Below, piece after piece: positions 17,920 to 26,760 of a DNA stretch of 30,921 nt. The stretch comes from a virus (lineage: Duplodnaviria; Caudoviricetes), in IMG/VR virus record IMGVR_UViG_3300032093_000572, positions 1 through 30,921 of that record; one strand, 5' to 3'. A program made the position numbers and the translations under genes. Numbering within the stretch: the stretch's first letter is position 1; each line of letters begins with the position of its first letter. The notes beneath the pieces were generated by a model that was not told the DNA's origin, made no database searches, and saw only the letters and a list, made by a program, of their open reading frames with translations.

Positions 17920-18321
17920 TTAACTTTTCTTACGAATGGTAATTGCGTACTCTTTGTCCATATTCAGACCCTCGGGATGGAGATCGGGATTCTCCTCCAT
18001 AAAGGTCTTCATATTCGTCTGGTGGATACGCTTCTCCAGAAGTTCAAACGCATCGTTATCCTTCATAAACCGATGAAAGGCCGACCAGTCGTTGGTCCAA
18101 TACTTGGTCTTGACGGTGCGGATAACGGTGCCGTAGTTGGTGCGGATGCTGTCCGCGCCTAGTTCCTTACACAGGTCGTTCATCGCTGTGGTGAGCACCT
18201 GCATTTCTTTATCAAGTTGCTCAACTTTGAGCGCCACATTGCGCTCAAGCTCCCGCTTCTCATCGCGTAGAGCGACGTAAGCCTCTACGAGGGTGTCAAC
18301 CCCGTATTCATTAGATTCCAT
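17920..18321 (-). CDS. Conserved phage replication-module protein (N-terminal coiled coil), 133 aa
   Basis: GAGGT SD. SIRTNYGTV...DW..F..F motif, of a type commonly seen next to SSB-like genes. Confidence 0.75.
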   Translation of the reverse strand: MESNEYGVDTLVEAYVALRDEKRELERNVALKVEQLDKEMQVLTTAMNDLCKELGADSIRTNYGTVIRTVKTKYWTNDWSAFHRFMKDNDAFELLEKRIHQTNMKTFMEENPDLHPEGLNMDKEYAITIRKKS

Positions 18322-18355
18322 GTTTTTACCTCGTGTTTGTTGTCGTGCGAATCGA

Positions 18356-18384
18356 ATCTTAGGAAACTAAATTTACTCTGTCAA
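18356..18384 (-). promoter_or_regulatory. Sigma70 promoter for the 18321/SSB/primase genes
   Basis: TTGACA (18384-18379), 17-nt spacer, TAAGAT (18361-18356). Confidence 0.75.
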
Positions 18385-19932
18385 CTCCTGATTGTACAAA
18401 TCGATCAACTTTGTATGGTCGCCGAGTTTGTCTCTTAGCATGGCGTAGAGGCGGTTCTCCACTTGCGAGCCCGCAATGTGGATGACGGTCATCGGGTTCT
18501 TTTGTCCCTGCCGGTCGATACGCGCATTCGCCTGTAGGTAGGTCTCGATTGATGTACAGGGGGCGTACCAGATGATGGTGTCGGCGGCGGTCAGCGTGAC
18601 CCCGTGCGCCGCAGCGGCGGGCTGGATGACCAACACTTTCAAATCATCTTCCCCGTTGGTTTGGAACCGCTGGATGATGTCGTTGCGCTTGGTCGCGGAT
18701 ACATCCCCGGCAATCACTTCGCAGGGGATGTGTTTGCTGTCGAGATAGTTTCTTAAAAGGCTGATGGTGTGCGAGAACGGGACGAATACCAGCACCTTGT
18801 GCGACGCCTCATTGATCGCCTCCTCCACAACCTTCAACCGATTGGACACATCAAACTCGGCGGTTGCCCCGGAGTTGGTGTAGACCGCCCCGCCCGAAAT
18901 CTGCAAGAGCTTGTTGATGTTCACCGCGACGTTGGCCGAGGTAATCTCCTCTTCCCCGGCGGTCATCAAGAAATCCTTCTTGAGGATGTCGTAGTACTTC
19001 TTCTGCTGCGCCGTCAGCGGGGCTTCCCGGTCGATGTATGTGATCGGCGGCAGGTCTAGGCAATCTTTTTTGGCAAACCGAATGGCAGGCTGCAAAGCCG
19101 TGTGAACTTTCTGCGCCGCGTCCACCTTGGGTATCCACTTGAACCGACTGATCTGAGTCATCACCGCATCCTTCCACGCGCCAAAAAACTTAGGCACCGT
19201 GTCGGGCGTGCATAGTTTGGCAAGCCCATAAGCGTCGGCAGGGGACTGCGCCGCAGGGGTCCCGGTCATTAGCCACAGCCAGCGGTCTTCAGTCACTAAT
19301 TTTTTCATCACCCGCCACCGCTTGGTGGTCGTCGTCTTATAGGCGTTGGCCTCGTCAATGATGATGAGGTCGAACTTGTTCTTGGCAATGGCGTCGGCGA
19401 CAATTTCCACCCCATCAAAATTTATGATGACGTAGTCGTAGTTACCTTCGATAATTTTTTGGCGCTTATCTTTTGTGCCGTGCGCGATACCGACAGACCT
19501 GTGCGTAGCGAAGTTGAACAGGTCGCGCTGCCATGCCGCCTGCATGATCGACAGGGGGCACACGACCAGCACGCGCCGAATGTACTTCCACTTCATCAGG
19601 TAGTCGGACGCCCAGATAGCCGCCCCGGTCTTCCCCGTGCCTTGCTCGTTGAAGCAGTACGCCCTCGGATGCAGGGTCAGGAACTCCCCGGTATCACGCT
19701 GGTGTTGGAACGGTGTATACAGCCCCGGCCAGTCGTAGTCCCGGAGGATCGGACTGGGGACATTTTTAACTTCTAATCTAGTCAACTGCTGGGCACGTTT
19801 TAAGTCCCATTCAACGGCAACGGTGGAAATGTCGGCTTCTTGATCTACTACTTGGCTCTCCTCAATTACGTCTGTGATTTTGTTTGGGTTTCGTGTGCGT
19901 ACCGCTAAGTACTTGTTATCTATTATTTCCAT
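18373..19932 (-). CDS. SNF2-like SF2 DNA helicase
   Basis: EQGTGKT, IIIDEAN, MTGTP, HGVTLTAA and QANARIDRQGQ motifs. Confidence 0.92.
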   Translation of the reverse strand: MEIIDNKYLAVRTRNPNKITDVIEESQVVDQEADISTVAVEWDLKRAQQLTRLEVKNVPSPILRDYDWPGLYTPFQHQRDTGEFLTLHPRAYCFNEQGTGKTGAAIWASDYLMKWKYIRRVLVVCPLSIMQAAWQRDLFNFATHRSVGIAHGTKDKRQKIIEGNYDYVIINFDGVEIVADAIAKNKFDLIIIDEANAYKTTTTKRWRVMKKLVTEDRWLWLMTGTPAAQSPADAYGLAKLCTPDTVPKFFGAWKDAVMTQISRFKWIPKVDAAQKVHTALQPAIRFAKKDCLDLPPITYIDREAPLTAQQKKYYDILKKDFLMTAGEEEITSANVAVNINKLLQISGGAVYTNSGATAEFDVSNRLKVVEEAINEASHKVLVFVPFSHTISLLRNYLDSKHIPCEVIAGDVSATKRNDIIQRFQTNGEDDLKVLVIQPAAAAHGVTLTAADTIIWYAPCTSIETYLQANARIDRQGQKNPMTVIHIAGSQVENRLYAMLRDKLGDHTKLIDLYNQELTE

Positions 19933-19937
19933 TTATT

Positions 19938-20147
19938 TTATGTTTCGTATTTAAAGTATTTACTTAAGTGTTTTGCGTATTTAACAGAATTTCTCTTGTA
20001 CAGTTTGGCGTTAACACACGCTTTGCATGTTGCTTGGTGCCCATCTTTAGTTTTTGATTTATGTGAGTATGATTCAAGATTTTTATTTTCTTTACATACA
20101 GGGCATTGTTTTACACCGTATGAAACATATGGATACCCAAATGACAT
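19938..20147 (-). CDS. Small CxxC...CxxC zinc-binding protein, resembling the N-terminal domain of HNH homing endonucleases
   Basis: KQCPVCKENK...CKAC motif. Visibly AT-rich relative to its neighbours. TAATG coupling. Confidence 0.65.
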   Translation of the reverse strand: MSFGYPYVSYGVKQCPVCKENKNLESYSHKSKTKDGHQATCKACVNAKLYKRNSVKYAKHLSKYFKYET

Positions 20148-20566
20148 TATTTAAATACCACTATTGCGCTAGGGAACGGGGCGCTATTTTTTGCGCCTCC
20201 AAATTTAAGTCGGCCCCGGATGAACGTCACTTCTCCGTAGGGAAGCACATAGTCGTGCCACCATGCGGTGTCGGTCCGGGCTGGGAGCAGGCACACAACA
20301 AGAGCCCCGTTGTCTCGGGCGCTTTCGTAGGCTTTCTTCACCCAGTATTTAATGTCGCGCCCGTAAGGGGGGTTCATCCAACATCGGCCCATCCAATATT
20401 TGGTAAGGCCGTTGTCTTCCTTTGTATAGAAGTCTGCACACTTGGCGTTTTCTGCGGTCGCGCAAACATCCAAGGTGAATCGATAGGTCGCCATTAACTT
20501 GTCAAAGAAATCTTGTGGAGTCGCCCACTCATCCGTGGCGCTGCTGAAGTGTACGGTGGTGTCCAT
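20147..20566 (-). CDS. Phage DNA N6-adenine methyltransferase (phage Dam family)
   Basis: DEWATPQ, LDVCA, WMNPPYG, LLPARTDTAWW and RGRLKFG motifs. Confidence 0.92.
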   Translation of the reverse strand: MDTTVHFSSATDEWATPQDFFDKLMATYRFTLDVCATAENAKCADFYTKEDNGLTKYWMGRCWMNPPYGRDIKYWVKKAYESARDNGALVVCLLPARTDTAWWHDYVLPYGEVTFIRGRLKFGGAKNSAPFPSAIVVFK

Positions 20567-20862
20567 TACTTCTTCTTCCGCGAGACGTTCTTCTTAACCG
20601 TGTGGTCCGCGTTGCGGTAGAAGCTCCGGTTGTCGCTCGGAGACTCAAGGCGCAGATTAGACAAAGAGGAGTCGCCACCCTTGGACAGTGGCTTGATATG
20701 CTCAATGTCTTTCCCTTTGCGTTTAATAACCTTGCCGTCCTTGCCGGGGTTGTCCATCTCATACCGTGCCCTTGCTCGCGCTGCACGGGAAGGGTTCTCG
20801 TCTCTGGCCTTCTGCTGTTGATACTCTTTTTTATAAGGTCTTGGTTTGTTGGTGTAAGGCAT
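20566..20862 (-). CDS. Small HNH-fold protein
   Basis: KDIEHIKPLSKGG...SNLR...NRS. Confidence 0.75.
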   Translation of the reverse strand: MPYTNKPRPYKKEYQQQKARDENPSRAARARARYEMDNPGKDGKVIKRKGKDIEHIKPLSKGGDSSLSNLRLESPSDNRSFYRNADHTVKKNVSRKKK

Positions 20863-21525
20863 TTACCTTCTCCCGTTGTGTTCACAATCAGTTACAGGAC
20901 AAAATTTTCTACAGGTAAAATTAGGGCTCGGGTTCCAAGTGTCGTTCTCAAAGCACGCATCAAGCTGGTCAGTAACTTTGAGCCAAGGCTTCCAAAGATG
21001 TGCTTGGCTGTCGCGGATGATTTCCACCTCGATAAACTCTTTGCTGACAACGAACAGCAACCCAGCCCGCACTATCTGCACATCCGGGAAGTGGGCAAAG
21101 ATAGCCAGCGCCAGAAGCTCAAGCTGTGCGGTGTCGGCGTAGCGGGCGCTCTTGCCGGTCTTGTAGTCCACCAGCACCGCCTCTTTACCGTTGATGGCGA
21201 GGAAGTCGGCAATGCCGCGCCACCACACGCCCTTATCCATGAACCCGCAGGCGTCGAGGTCCTGCGTCAACCCCATCTTATGCTCGTAGTACTTATCCCC
21301 CGGCGACTCGATCAGTGTGTCCACATACTGTTTGATGTAGATAAACTTCTCCGGGATGGGCGTACCGTCCCGGCCATACTCTTCTGCCGCTTTGTGAACT
21401 TCATTGCCGTAGATAAGATGCTCTACATATTCATCTTCTTTGATGTCTTTACTTACCCGCAGTCGGTAGTATTTCCGGGGGCACTGCTTGAAAAGATTGA
21501 TAGAGGAATAAGACCACGTTGCCAT
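20863..21525 (-). CDS. PD-(D/E)XK (RecB/Cas4-like) exonuclease
   Basis: WSYSS..F.QCP, RGIADFL, LVDYKTGK, QL and a C-terminal C..CP...C cluster. Confidence 0.88.
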   Translation of the reverse strand: MATWSYSSINLFKQCPRKYYRLRVSKDIKEDEYVEHLIYGNEVHKAAEEYGRDGTPIPEKFIYIKQYVDTLIESPGDKYYEHKMGLTQDLDACGFMDKGVWWRGIADFLAINGKEAVLVDYKTGKSARYADTAQLELLALAIFAHFPDVQIVRAGLLFVVSKEFIEVEIIRDSQAHLWKPWLKVTDQLDACFENDTWNPSPNFTCRKFCPVTDCEHNGRR

Positions 21526-21537
21526 TTTTGTCCGCCT

Positions 21538-23355
21538 TTAGCATTCACCGTAGTTCCTTCCAATACCACTCTCGCAATTCAAAGGCAAGCCCTCTGCCCA
21601 GACGGGCGTTTCGCGGAAACACTCCTCGATGAACGCCTGCGCCCGCTCGGCTTCTGCTTCCGGGGCGACGATGGCAATAGCGTCGTGGACCGTCATGACG
21701 GGGCGGTACTCGTATGAGATGTTGACCATCTGCTCGGCTATGACGCACCGCGCTATAGCCTGCGTGACGTTCTCAATCACCTTGCCACCGTAGATCCGCG
21801 TCCTGCCGTTCCGGGTCTTGTAGCTGAACTGCCCCTCGGAGTCCTTCTGCAAGTCGTCATACCCCAGACTGTATCCGCTCGGCAGCACGAAGCCATCCGC
21901 CCCAAGATGCAACGCCTCCGGTCGCACGCCGATGGGGGCTGTTCTGCCCTCCAACATCGCCTCAAGGCACCGCTGGCCCTGCTTCCACAGCGCCGGGATC
22001 GCGGAGTATGTTTCACGGTAAACATTGATGATGTTCTGGCATTCCTCCAACTCCAACGTCACGCCAGAAGTTTTGAGGGACGATTGAAACTTCGCAGCAC
22101 CAAGGCCGTACCCACAACCAAGTACTACCGTTTTGCCTAGAAATCGTTCCTCCTTATTAATTTCATCAATAGGCTTGTTATAAATTTTAGACGCCATGAT
22201 TTTGTAAACGTCTTCCCGGTTGGCGAACGCCTGCACGAGGTCATCCTGTCCTGCCAACCACGCCAACACCCGCGCCTCGATCTGGCTGGAGTCGCAGTCG
22301 ATGATCACATGGCCCGCCGGGGGCAGGATGGCGCTCTTCAACGTACTGTCGCCCCGGCTTGGGAGGTTCTGGAGGTTGAGCTTGTCGGTGCCACCCCACC
22401 GGCCAGTGTGGGCCGCATAGTAGCGAAGGGGAACTGGTAAGGACCCGCGCTTGGCAATGCCGATGAACCGCTCGGTGCGCGTCTCCTCAAGCGTAGATCG
22501 GGTGCCCAACCGCGCCGCTACCACAGCTTGCACCCGCTCGTCAGGATGCTCCAGCAACTCCTTCAGCCCCTCGTCGGACTTAGCCAGCGCGTAGGTCTCC
22601 TTGCCCGTCGTCGGACTGATCTTCAGCGGCGGTTCTACGCCCAGCCCCCGCAGGAGGTCGGCAAACTTGGGGTTGGAGTTAAGTAGCTCAGGCGTACTCT
22701 CGCACGCTTGCAATAACTCGTACTTGCGCTCGCGCACTTCTTCAAGGTGCTGCTCCAGCAACGGGAGGTCTAACTCCAGCACCGGCTCGCTGAACATCTT
22801 GATCGTCAAGTTAATGACTTGAAGCTCCCCGGTGCGCGTTAACGCAGAAACCTTGTCGATGTAAACATCGAGTAGACTCCGGGTCAGGTCGCAGTCGTTG
22901 CGGCAGTACGCCCCATACCGCTGAAGCTCGTCCGGAGTGAAGTCCTGTCGGCGCTTGCCAAGCGCATTGATGACCTCATCCCCCTTGGCTCCCAGCCCGT
23001 GTCGCTCGGCAGCGGCCTTGAGGCTACCGCTAACCTCCAGCCCGTCTATCGCCCGCGCCAGACTGAGCGTATCGACCCACATGTGGGGTCGGATGTCGAA
23101 AATCCACGATAAAATTGCGGCGTCGAACATGGCGTTATGTGCAACGGCGGCGGCGTTGTGCCAGTCGTAGGTGTTGAGAAAGGTTTTGGTTTCTTCCCGC
23201 GTTCCGCTGAACCACTGCGCGTCTTCGTCGTTAACCTTGACCCCCACGCCAATGACTTCAAACCGTTCGTCGCGGATGTACTCCTCCGTTGTCACCTTTG
23301 ACAACGAATACTCCCGGTCGTAGTAGGTTTCAAAGTCGATTGTTAGGATCTTCAT
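21538..23355 (-). CDS. Family A DNA polymerase with 3'-5' exonuclease domain
   Basis: Exonuclease motifs IDFET, AHNAMFD and YCRND. Polymerase motifs HTGRWGG, NLQNLP, DSSQIEAR, RFLGKTVVLGCGYG and TVHD. Confidence 0.95.
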   Translation of the reverse strand: MKILTIDFETYYDREYSLSKVTTEEYIRDERFEVIGVGVKVNDEDAQWFSGTREETKTFLNTYDWHNAAAVAHNAMFDAAILSWIFDIRPHMWVDTLSLARAIDGLEVSGSLKAAAERHGLGAKGDEVINALGKRRQDFTPDELQRYGAYCRNDCDLTRSLLDVYIDKVSALTRTGELQVINLTIKMFSEPVLELDLPLLEQHLEEVRERKYELLQACESTPELLNSNPKFADLLRGLGVEPPLKISPTTGKETYALAKSDEGLKELLEHPDERVQAVVAARLGTRSTLEETRTERFIGIAKRGSLPVPLRYYAAHTGRWGGTDKLNLQNLPSRGDSTLKSAILPPAGHVIIDCDSSQIEARVLAWLAGQDDLVQAFANREDVYKIMASKIYNKPIDEINKEERFLGKTVVLGCGYGLGAAKFQSSLKTSGVTLELEECQNIINVYRETYSAIPALWKQGQRCLEAMLEGRTAPIGVRPEALHLGADGFVLPSGYSLGYDDLQKDSEGQFSYKTRNGRTRIYGGKVIENVTQAIARCVIAEQMVNISYEYRPVMTVHDAIAIVAPEAEAERAQAFIEECFRETPVWAEGLPLNCESGIGRNYGEC

Positions 23356-23950
23356 TGCTGTTGTACCTCTTACCCCGAATCCAAGACGTTGCTATCCACT
23401 TCTGCCCGCTGATGATAGGAAGTCCTGCATGTTGGGTTTTCATGTTTAAGTCGAAAATATATTTATAGTCAAAAAACAACGCCGCACCTTGCTTGGGCAC
23501 GATGCGAATGTCTAGCTTTGTGAAGTACGTTTCTCCCCCTTCAAAGTCGTCGTTGAGGTAAACAATCAATGTCGCAATGCGGTCGTTGGGGTCCTCATGG
23601 ATACCGGGGTGTGTGAAGAAATCCTCATGGGGTTTGAACTCCTGCCCAACGTCATACCGCTGGATCTGCGGCTCCTCTAAATTCTCTGTAGTGAACTCAT
23701 CGAGAAACCAGAAGAACGGTTTAACTACTTTGTAGTTCCTGTCAGTTAAACCAAACCGATTCTCCCTATCATAGTGAGTATGGCAAGTTCTCCACTCACT
23801 TTGAATAGATTTCTTAGTCGTCCCGTCATACCCCAACGCAGGCTCAAACGTAATCCCCGAATTTAAGATTGCATCGCATTCCTCCGGGGTGTACAAATTT
23901 TTAAAGATAAAAATCTTTGGCTCTGCTTTGATGATATCAACGTCAATCAT
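23330..23950 (-). CDS. 2OG-Fe(II) oxygenase, prolyl 4-hydroxylase-like
   Basis: QIQRY..GQEFKPHED, RIATLIVYLND..EGGETYF and HAGLPI..GQKWIATSWIR (HxD...H...K). ATG at 23950 has a GGAGG SD and an ATGA overlap. Confidence 0.9.
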   Translation of the reverse strand: MIDVDIIKAEPKIFIFKNLYTPEECDAILNSGITFEPALGYDGTTKKSIQSEWRTCHTHYDRENRFGLTDRNYKVVKPFFWFLDEFTTENLEEPQIQRYDVGQEFKPHEDFFTHPGIHEDPNDRIATLIVYLNDDFEGGETYFTKLDIRIVPKQGAALFFDYKYIFDLNMKTQHAGLPIISGQKWIATSWIRGKRYNSNEDPNNRL

Positions 23951-24150
23951 TCCTCCTCCCTCCACTTTTCTGCCAGCATTGCATCAGCAATCTCGTAAGC
24001 GTGCCTCGCAAGACTGGATGGATAATTGCCACCAGCAGAAAGCACTCCAGCTATCGCCTTGGCCGCGAAGTAATCGCGGAGCGTCATGCCTTCCTCCATC
24101 CAGTGCCCCGGTTTCGTCGGGAACGCTGGCCCACCTGTGGGTTTACTCAT
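23947..24150 (-). CDS. Conserved small phage protein (GGPAFP...GMTLRDYFAAKA family)
   Basis: Recognisable motif including AYEIADAMLAE. ATG at 24150 follows an AAGGGGGA SD. Confidence 0.85.
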   Translation of the reverse strand: MSKPTGGPAFPTKPGHWMEEGMTLRDYFAAKAIAGVLSAGGNYPSSLARHAYEIADAMLAEKWREEE

Positions 24151-24169
24151 GTGTTCCCCCTTGCGCGGA

Positions 24170-24448
24170 TTAAGTCTTTTGCCCACCGCATCGTATACCC
24201 CCCCACTTGAAGGCTACCCATCCCCTATCGTCGTCGGGCAATGGGGTGCTATCTGAATACTCAAACTCCCTCTCGTCGCCGTCCTGCCGCACGCAGAAGC
24301 CGCCCCTGTTTGTCTTCTGTATCTCTGCGTCATACGGATTGCCGAACTCGTCGATTGCCCAGAAGATGTCGTTCATCGTCGGCGCAACTGCCAGCCCGAC
24401 CCAGCCGCTACCGGGAAAGCGGAAGTAATAAGCCAGCACCCTACTCAT
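24170..24448 (-). CDS. Hypothetical protein, 92 aa
   Basis: GGAGG SD. Overlaps the stop of the upstream gene and fits the operon tiling. Confidence 0.7.
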   Translation of the reverse strand: MSRVLAYYFRFPGSGWVGLAVAPTMNDIFWAIDEFGNPYDAEIQKTNRGGFCVRQDGDEREFEYSDSTPLPDDDRGWVAFKWGGIRCGGQKT

Positions 24449-24917
24449 CGTGTTCCTCCAGCGGGGGCATCATTTGCGAGTAGTCAAAAAACTCGCCCAT
24501 GCAGTCGGAAATGCTTATGAGTGGGCCTTCAAAGCGGACGACCCGGTTGTTGTAGGTGAACGCTTTTTGATGGACTTGCGCCTTGCCTTTCACCCAGTCC
24601 AGCCCCAGTCGGGTTATCCGCCATCTACCGCTGGACCGCTTCTTTGTGTCGTCGTTTTGTTGGCCCTCGATCAACCCCCACCACCGCAGGATGGTTAGCT
24701 GGCTGCTACGAAGAAGCCAGCGCGGGGCCATTTCTGGGACATCCACCCATGAGCCATCGGCGGTATGACTCGCCAGCCAAGCGGCGGCGCGTGCCATCGT
24801 CTGGTTGATCGTGCGGCCATACACCTTGCCCCAGCGGTCGCAGCAGGGGCAATGCCCCCCGTTCGCCCCAATGGTCTCGGCCCAGTCCGTCCTAATTTCC
24901 TCTAAATAATTACTCAT
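24441..24917 (-). CDS. Hypothetical protein with HCPCC motif and a possible winged-helix segment
   Basis: GGAGGAG SD. WWGLIE...GRWRITRLG segment. Confidence 0.75.
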   Translation of the reverse strand: MSNYLEEIRTDWAETIGANGGHCPCCDRWGKVYGRTINQTMARAAAWLASHTADGSWVDVPEMAPRWLLRSSQLTILRWWGLIEGQQNDDTKKRSSGRWRITRLGLDWVKGKAQVHQKAFTYNNRVVRFEGPLISISDCMGEFFDYSQMMPPLEEHDE

Positions 24918-25272
24918 GATTATGCTCCTCCAGTTCTTCCGCTAATTTATCCGCCTTCAGCCGCAGTTCGTTCAGCCGTTTTTTCTTGCGGCGCAACTCC
25001 TTCTTCTCCTTCTCGGTCAACTCCGGCGGCGGCTCGGTATCAGGCCGCGCCGGGGCATACACCGGCTGCTCACCGTCGAGGTTGAGGCGCACGCGCCACG
25101 CCCTGCGGTACATCCCCTTCTTCTCAAGCTCCCGCGCTTTTTGCATGGCCTCTTGGAATGCCATCGGGGAGGTGAAGTAATACTCAAAGCTCCGGTCGCC
25201 GACCGTTGGGCCGGCGTGCGAGTCGAGCTTGAGCCCGACCCCCTTGGTGCTGGGCTTGTGGTGTGCTGGCAT
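24910..25272 (-). CDS. Hypothetical basic protein (starts MPAHHKP)
   Basis: TGATG coupling at 25272 with a GGAGG SD. C-terminal coiled coil. Confidence 0.7.
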   Translation of the reverse strand: MPAHHKPSTKGVGLKLDSHAGPTVGDRSFEYYFTSPMAFQEAMQKARELEKKGMYRRAWRVRLNLDGEQPVYAPARPDTEPPPELTEKEKKELRRKKKRLNELRLKADKLAEELEEHNHE

Positions 25273-25628
25273 CAGTAGCCCTCCCGAAATTCCTTGAACA
25301 AGCCGTCGGCCCAGCCCTCGTCCACCCACTCCTCACCAGCCTCGTCGGCTTTGCGGGCGACAACGTCGGCCACCGCCTTGCCCAGCGCCGCGTAAGCCGA
25401 CAACCTCTCCCGCTCATCCTTGGCACCAAAGACCAACTCCAAGCGGCGGGCCAACAGGTCGCTGGCGATGTAGGTAACGTCGTCCAGTACATCCGGGTAC
25501 TCCCGGCAGTACTCTGCCCGCCAGCCGTTGCGCTCGGCCTCGGTCAAGCGGTTGTAGCTGTTCGCGCCGGTCACGCTGAACTCGGAGTAAAGAAAGCCAC
25601 AGAACTTCTTAGCCAACTTATCCATCAT
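25272..25628 (-). CDS. Hypothetical protein, 118 aa
   Basis: GAGGT SD and operon tiling. Confidence 0.7.
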   Translation of the reverse strand: MMDKLAKKFCGFLYSEFSVTGANSYNRLTEAERNGWRAEYCREYPDVLDDVTYIASDLLARRLELVFGAKDERERLSAYAALGKAVADVVARKADEAGEEWVDEGWADGLFKEFREGY

Positions 25629-25639
25629 CTTTTTACCTC

Positions 25640-25993
25640 TTAATGTTTCTTGGCGTTGGGGTTGATTTCGGGCGTCAAGCCGATGAGATACCGCACCACG
25701 TTTTGCGGGTTGAATTTATCGCAGGCGTTGGTGTACAGGGCACCCAGCGCGGCGAAGTAGACACCCTCCAGAAAGTCGGGGTCGCCCTCGGTCATCCTGT
25801 CGTACATCTTGATCTCGGCCTCCAGCCCCGTCTGGCTTTCGTACTCAACGAACGCCACCGGAATCAGGATGAAGGCGTCGGAGCTACCGATCGCATCCCG
25901 GACCTCCTCCATCAGATCCGCAGAGGTGATGTCCCGGTCGCCCTTGGTAGTGGCGCTAGAAACCAACACAATTTTGGGGGTGTCATCTTTCAT
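25640..25993 (-). CDS. Hypothetical acidic protein, 117 aa
   Basis: ATGA overlap with the DUF3310 gene. Confidence 0.7.
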   Translation of the reverse strand: MKDDTPKIVLVSSATTKGDRDITSADLMEEVRDAIGSSDAFILIPVAFVEYESQTGLEAEIKMYDRMTEGDPDFLEGVYFAALGALYTNACDKFNPQNVVRYLIGLTPEINPNAKKH

Positions 25994-26238
25994 TTGTTCT
26001 TAATTTCCTTGGTTTTTTCTTTGATCAAATGTTCCAAATACCACTTGGCCTTTTGCAAGTCGGTAACGCCCGCCTTCATCTTCCACCGCCACAAATACTT
26101 TATGGCGTTGGCGGTGCAGACCGCCTCAAGCCCTTCCAACCCCACCGTCGCCGCTGCGATGGCGTCGATGCATTCAACGCCGCCCGCCGTGTAGTGGGCG
26201 GGATGATTAACCTCGTCTGATTCGTTTACTTTGTCCAC
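25990..26238 (-). CDS. DUF3310 protein (related to T7 gp1.7 nucleotide kinase / SaV-like)
   Basis: VNHPAHYT.GGVECIDAI...NAIKYLWRW..K.GV.DLQKAKWYL. AGGAGGT SD before the GTG start. Confidence 0.88.
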   Translation of the reverse strand: MDKVNESDEVNHPAHYTAGGVECIDAIAAATVGLEGLEAVCTANAIKYLWRWKMKAGVTDLQKAKWYLEHLIKEKTKEIKNK

Positions 26239-26249
26239 TTTTACCTCCT

Positions 26250-26276
26250 AAAAAAGCCGGGGTGATTAGCCCCGGC
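26250..26276 (-). terminator. Intrinsic terminator
   Basis: On the - strand: GCCGGGG-CTAATCA-CCCCGGC-TTTTTT, directly after the stop of 26282-26509. Confidence 0.85.
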
Positions 26277-26281
26277 CCTGA

Positions 26282-26509
26282 TTACTTGTCGGTCGCGTCG
26301 AGGATCTCGCCACCGCGAGAAATGAACGTCGTCACGCGGTCGAGGTCGCTCGCACCAAGCTGCACAACGCGCACGGTTTCACTAACCGCGAACTTCAACG
26401 CAGTCTGGGCGGACTTGGCGCGGATAAGGTACTCCTCATTGTTCATCGTGACGATGTAAATCTTCGGTTCCCGCTTGCGGGTTTTCTTTTCCAATTCTAC
26501 GTTGCTCAT
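26282..26509 (-). CDS. Hypothetical protein, 75 aa
   Basis: AGGAG SD. Bracketed by a candidate promoter and a terminator. Confidence 0.8.
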   Translation of the reverse strand: MSNVELEKKTRKREPKIYIVTMNNEEYLIRAKSAQTALKFAVSETVRVVQLGASDLDRVTTFISRGGEILDATDK

Positions 26510-26545
26510 TTTTGAGACTCCTGATTTTCAGTTAATGGGATTGGG

Positions 26546-26573
26546 ATTGTAGCCTGCCCGTTAGGCAATGCAA
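26546..26573 (-). promoter_or_regulatory. Possible sigma70 promoter
   Basis: TTGCAT (26573-26568), 16-nt spacer, TACAAT (26551-26546), in an intergenic gap. Confidence 0.5.
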
Positions 26574-26574
26574 G

Positions 26575-26760
26575 TTATTTAACGGGCCAGCCAGAATAGT
26601 TTCCTTTAGCCGGTGCGTTGCTAGGGTGCAGAAGCCAGCGGTTGCCAAGCAACATAATAGCCCGCAATCTTTTAGTCTCCATAACCTTGTCGGCCCAGAC
26701 TGGGGGGATTTCTTTGCGGATAAACTGCCGCAAGTCGGTAAGCTTGAGTTCTGGTTTCAC
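26575..26760 (-). CDS. Hypothetical protein, 61 aa
   Basis: GTGA overlap with the upstream stop. LG.RWLLHP.N motif. Confidence 0.65.
   Translation of the reverse strand: MKPELKLTDLRQFIRKEIPPVWADKVMETKRLRAIMLLGNRWLLHPSNAPAKGNYSGWPVK

Noticed and set aside
20602-21717. 371-aa + strand ORF and other long antisense ORFs
   Set aside because: They are shadows of clearly recognisable - strand genes in GC-rich DNA, with no motifs or SD.
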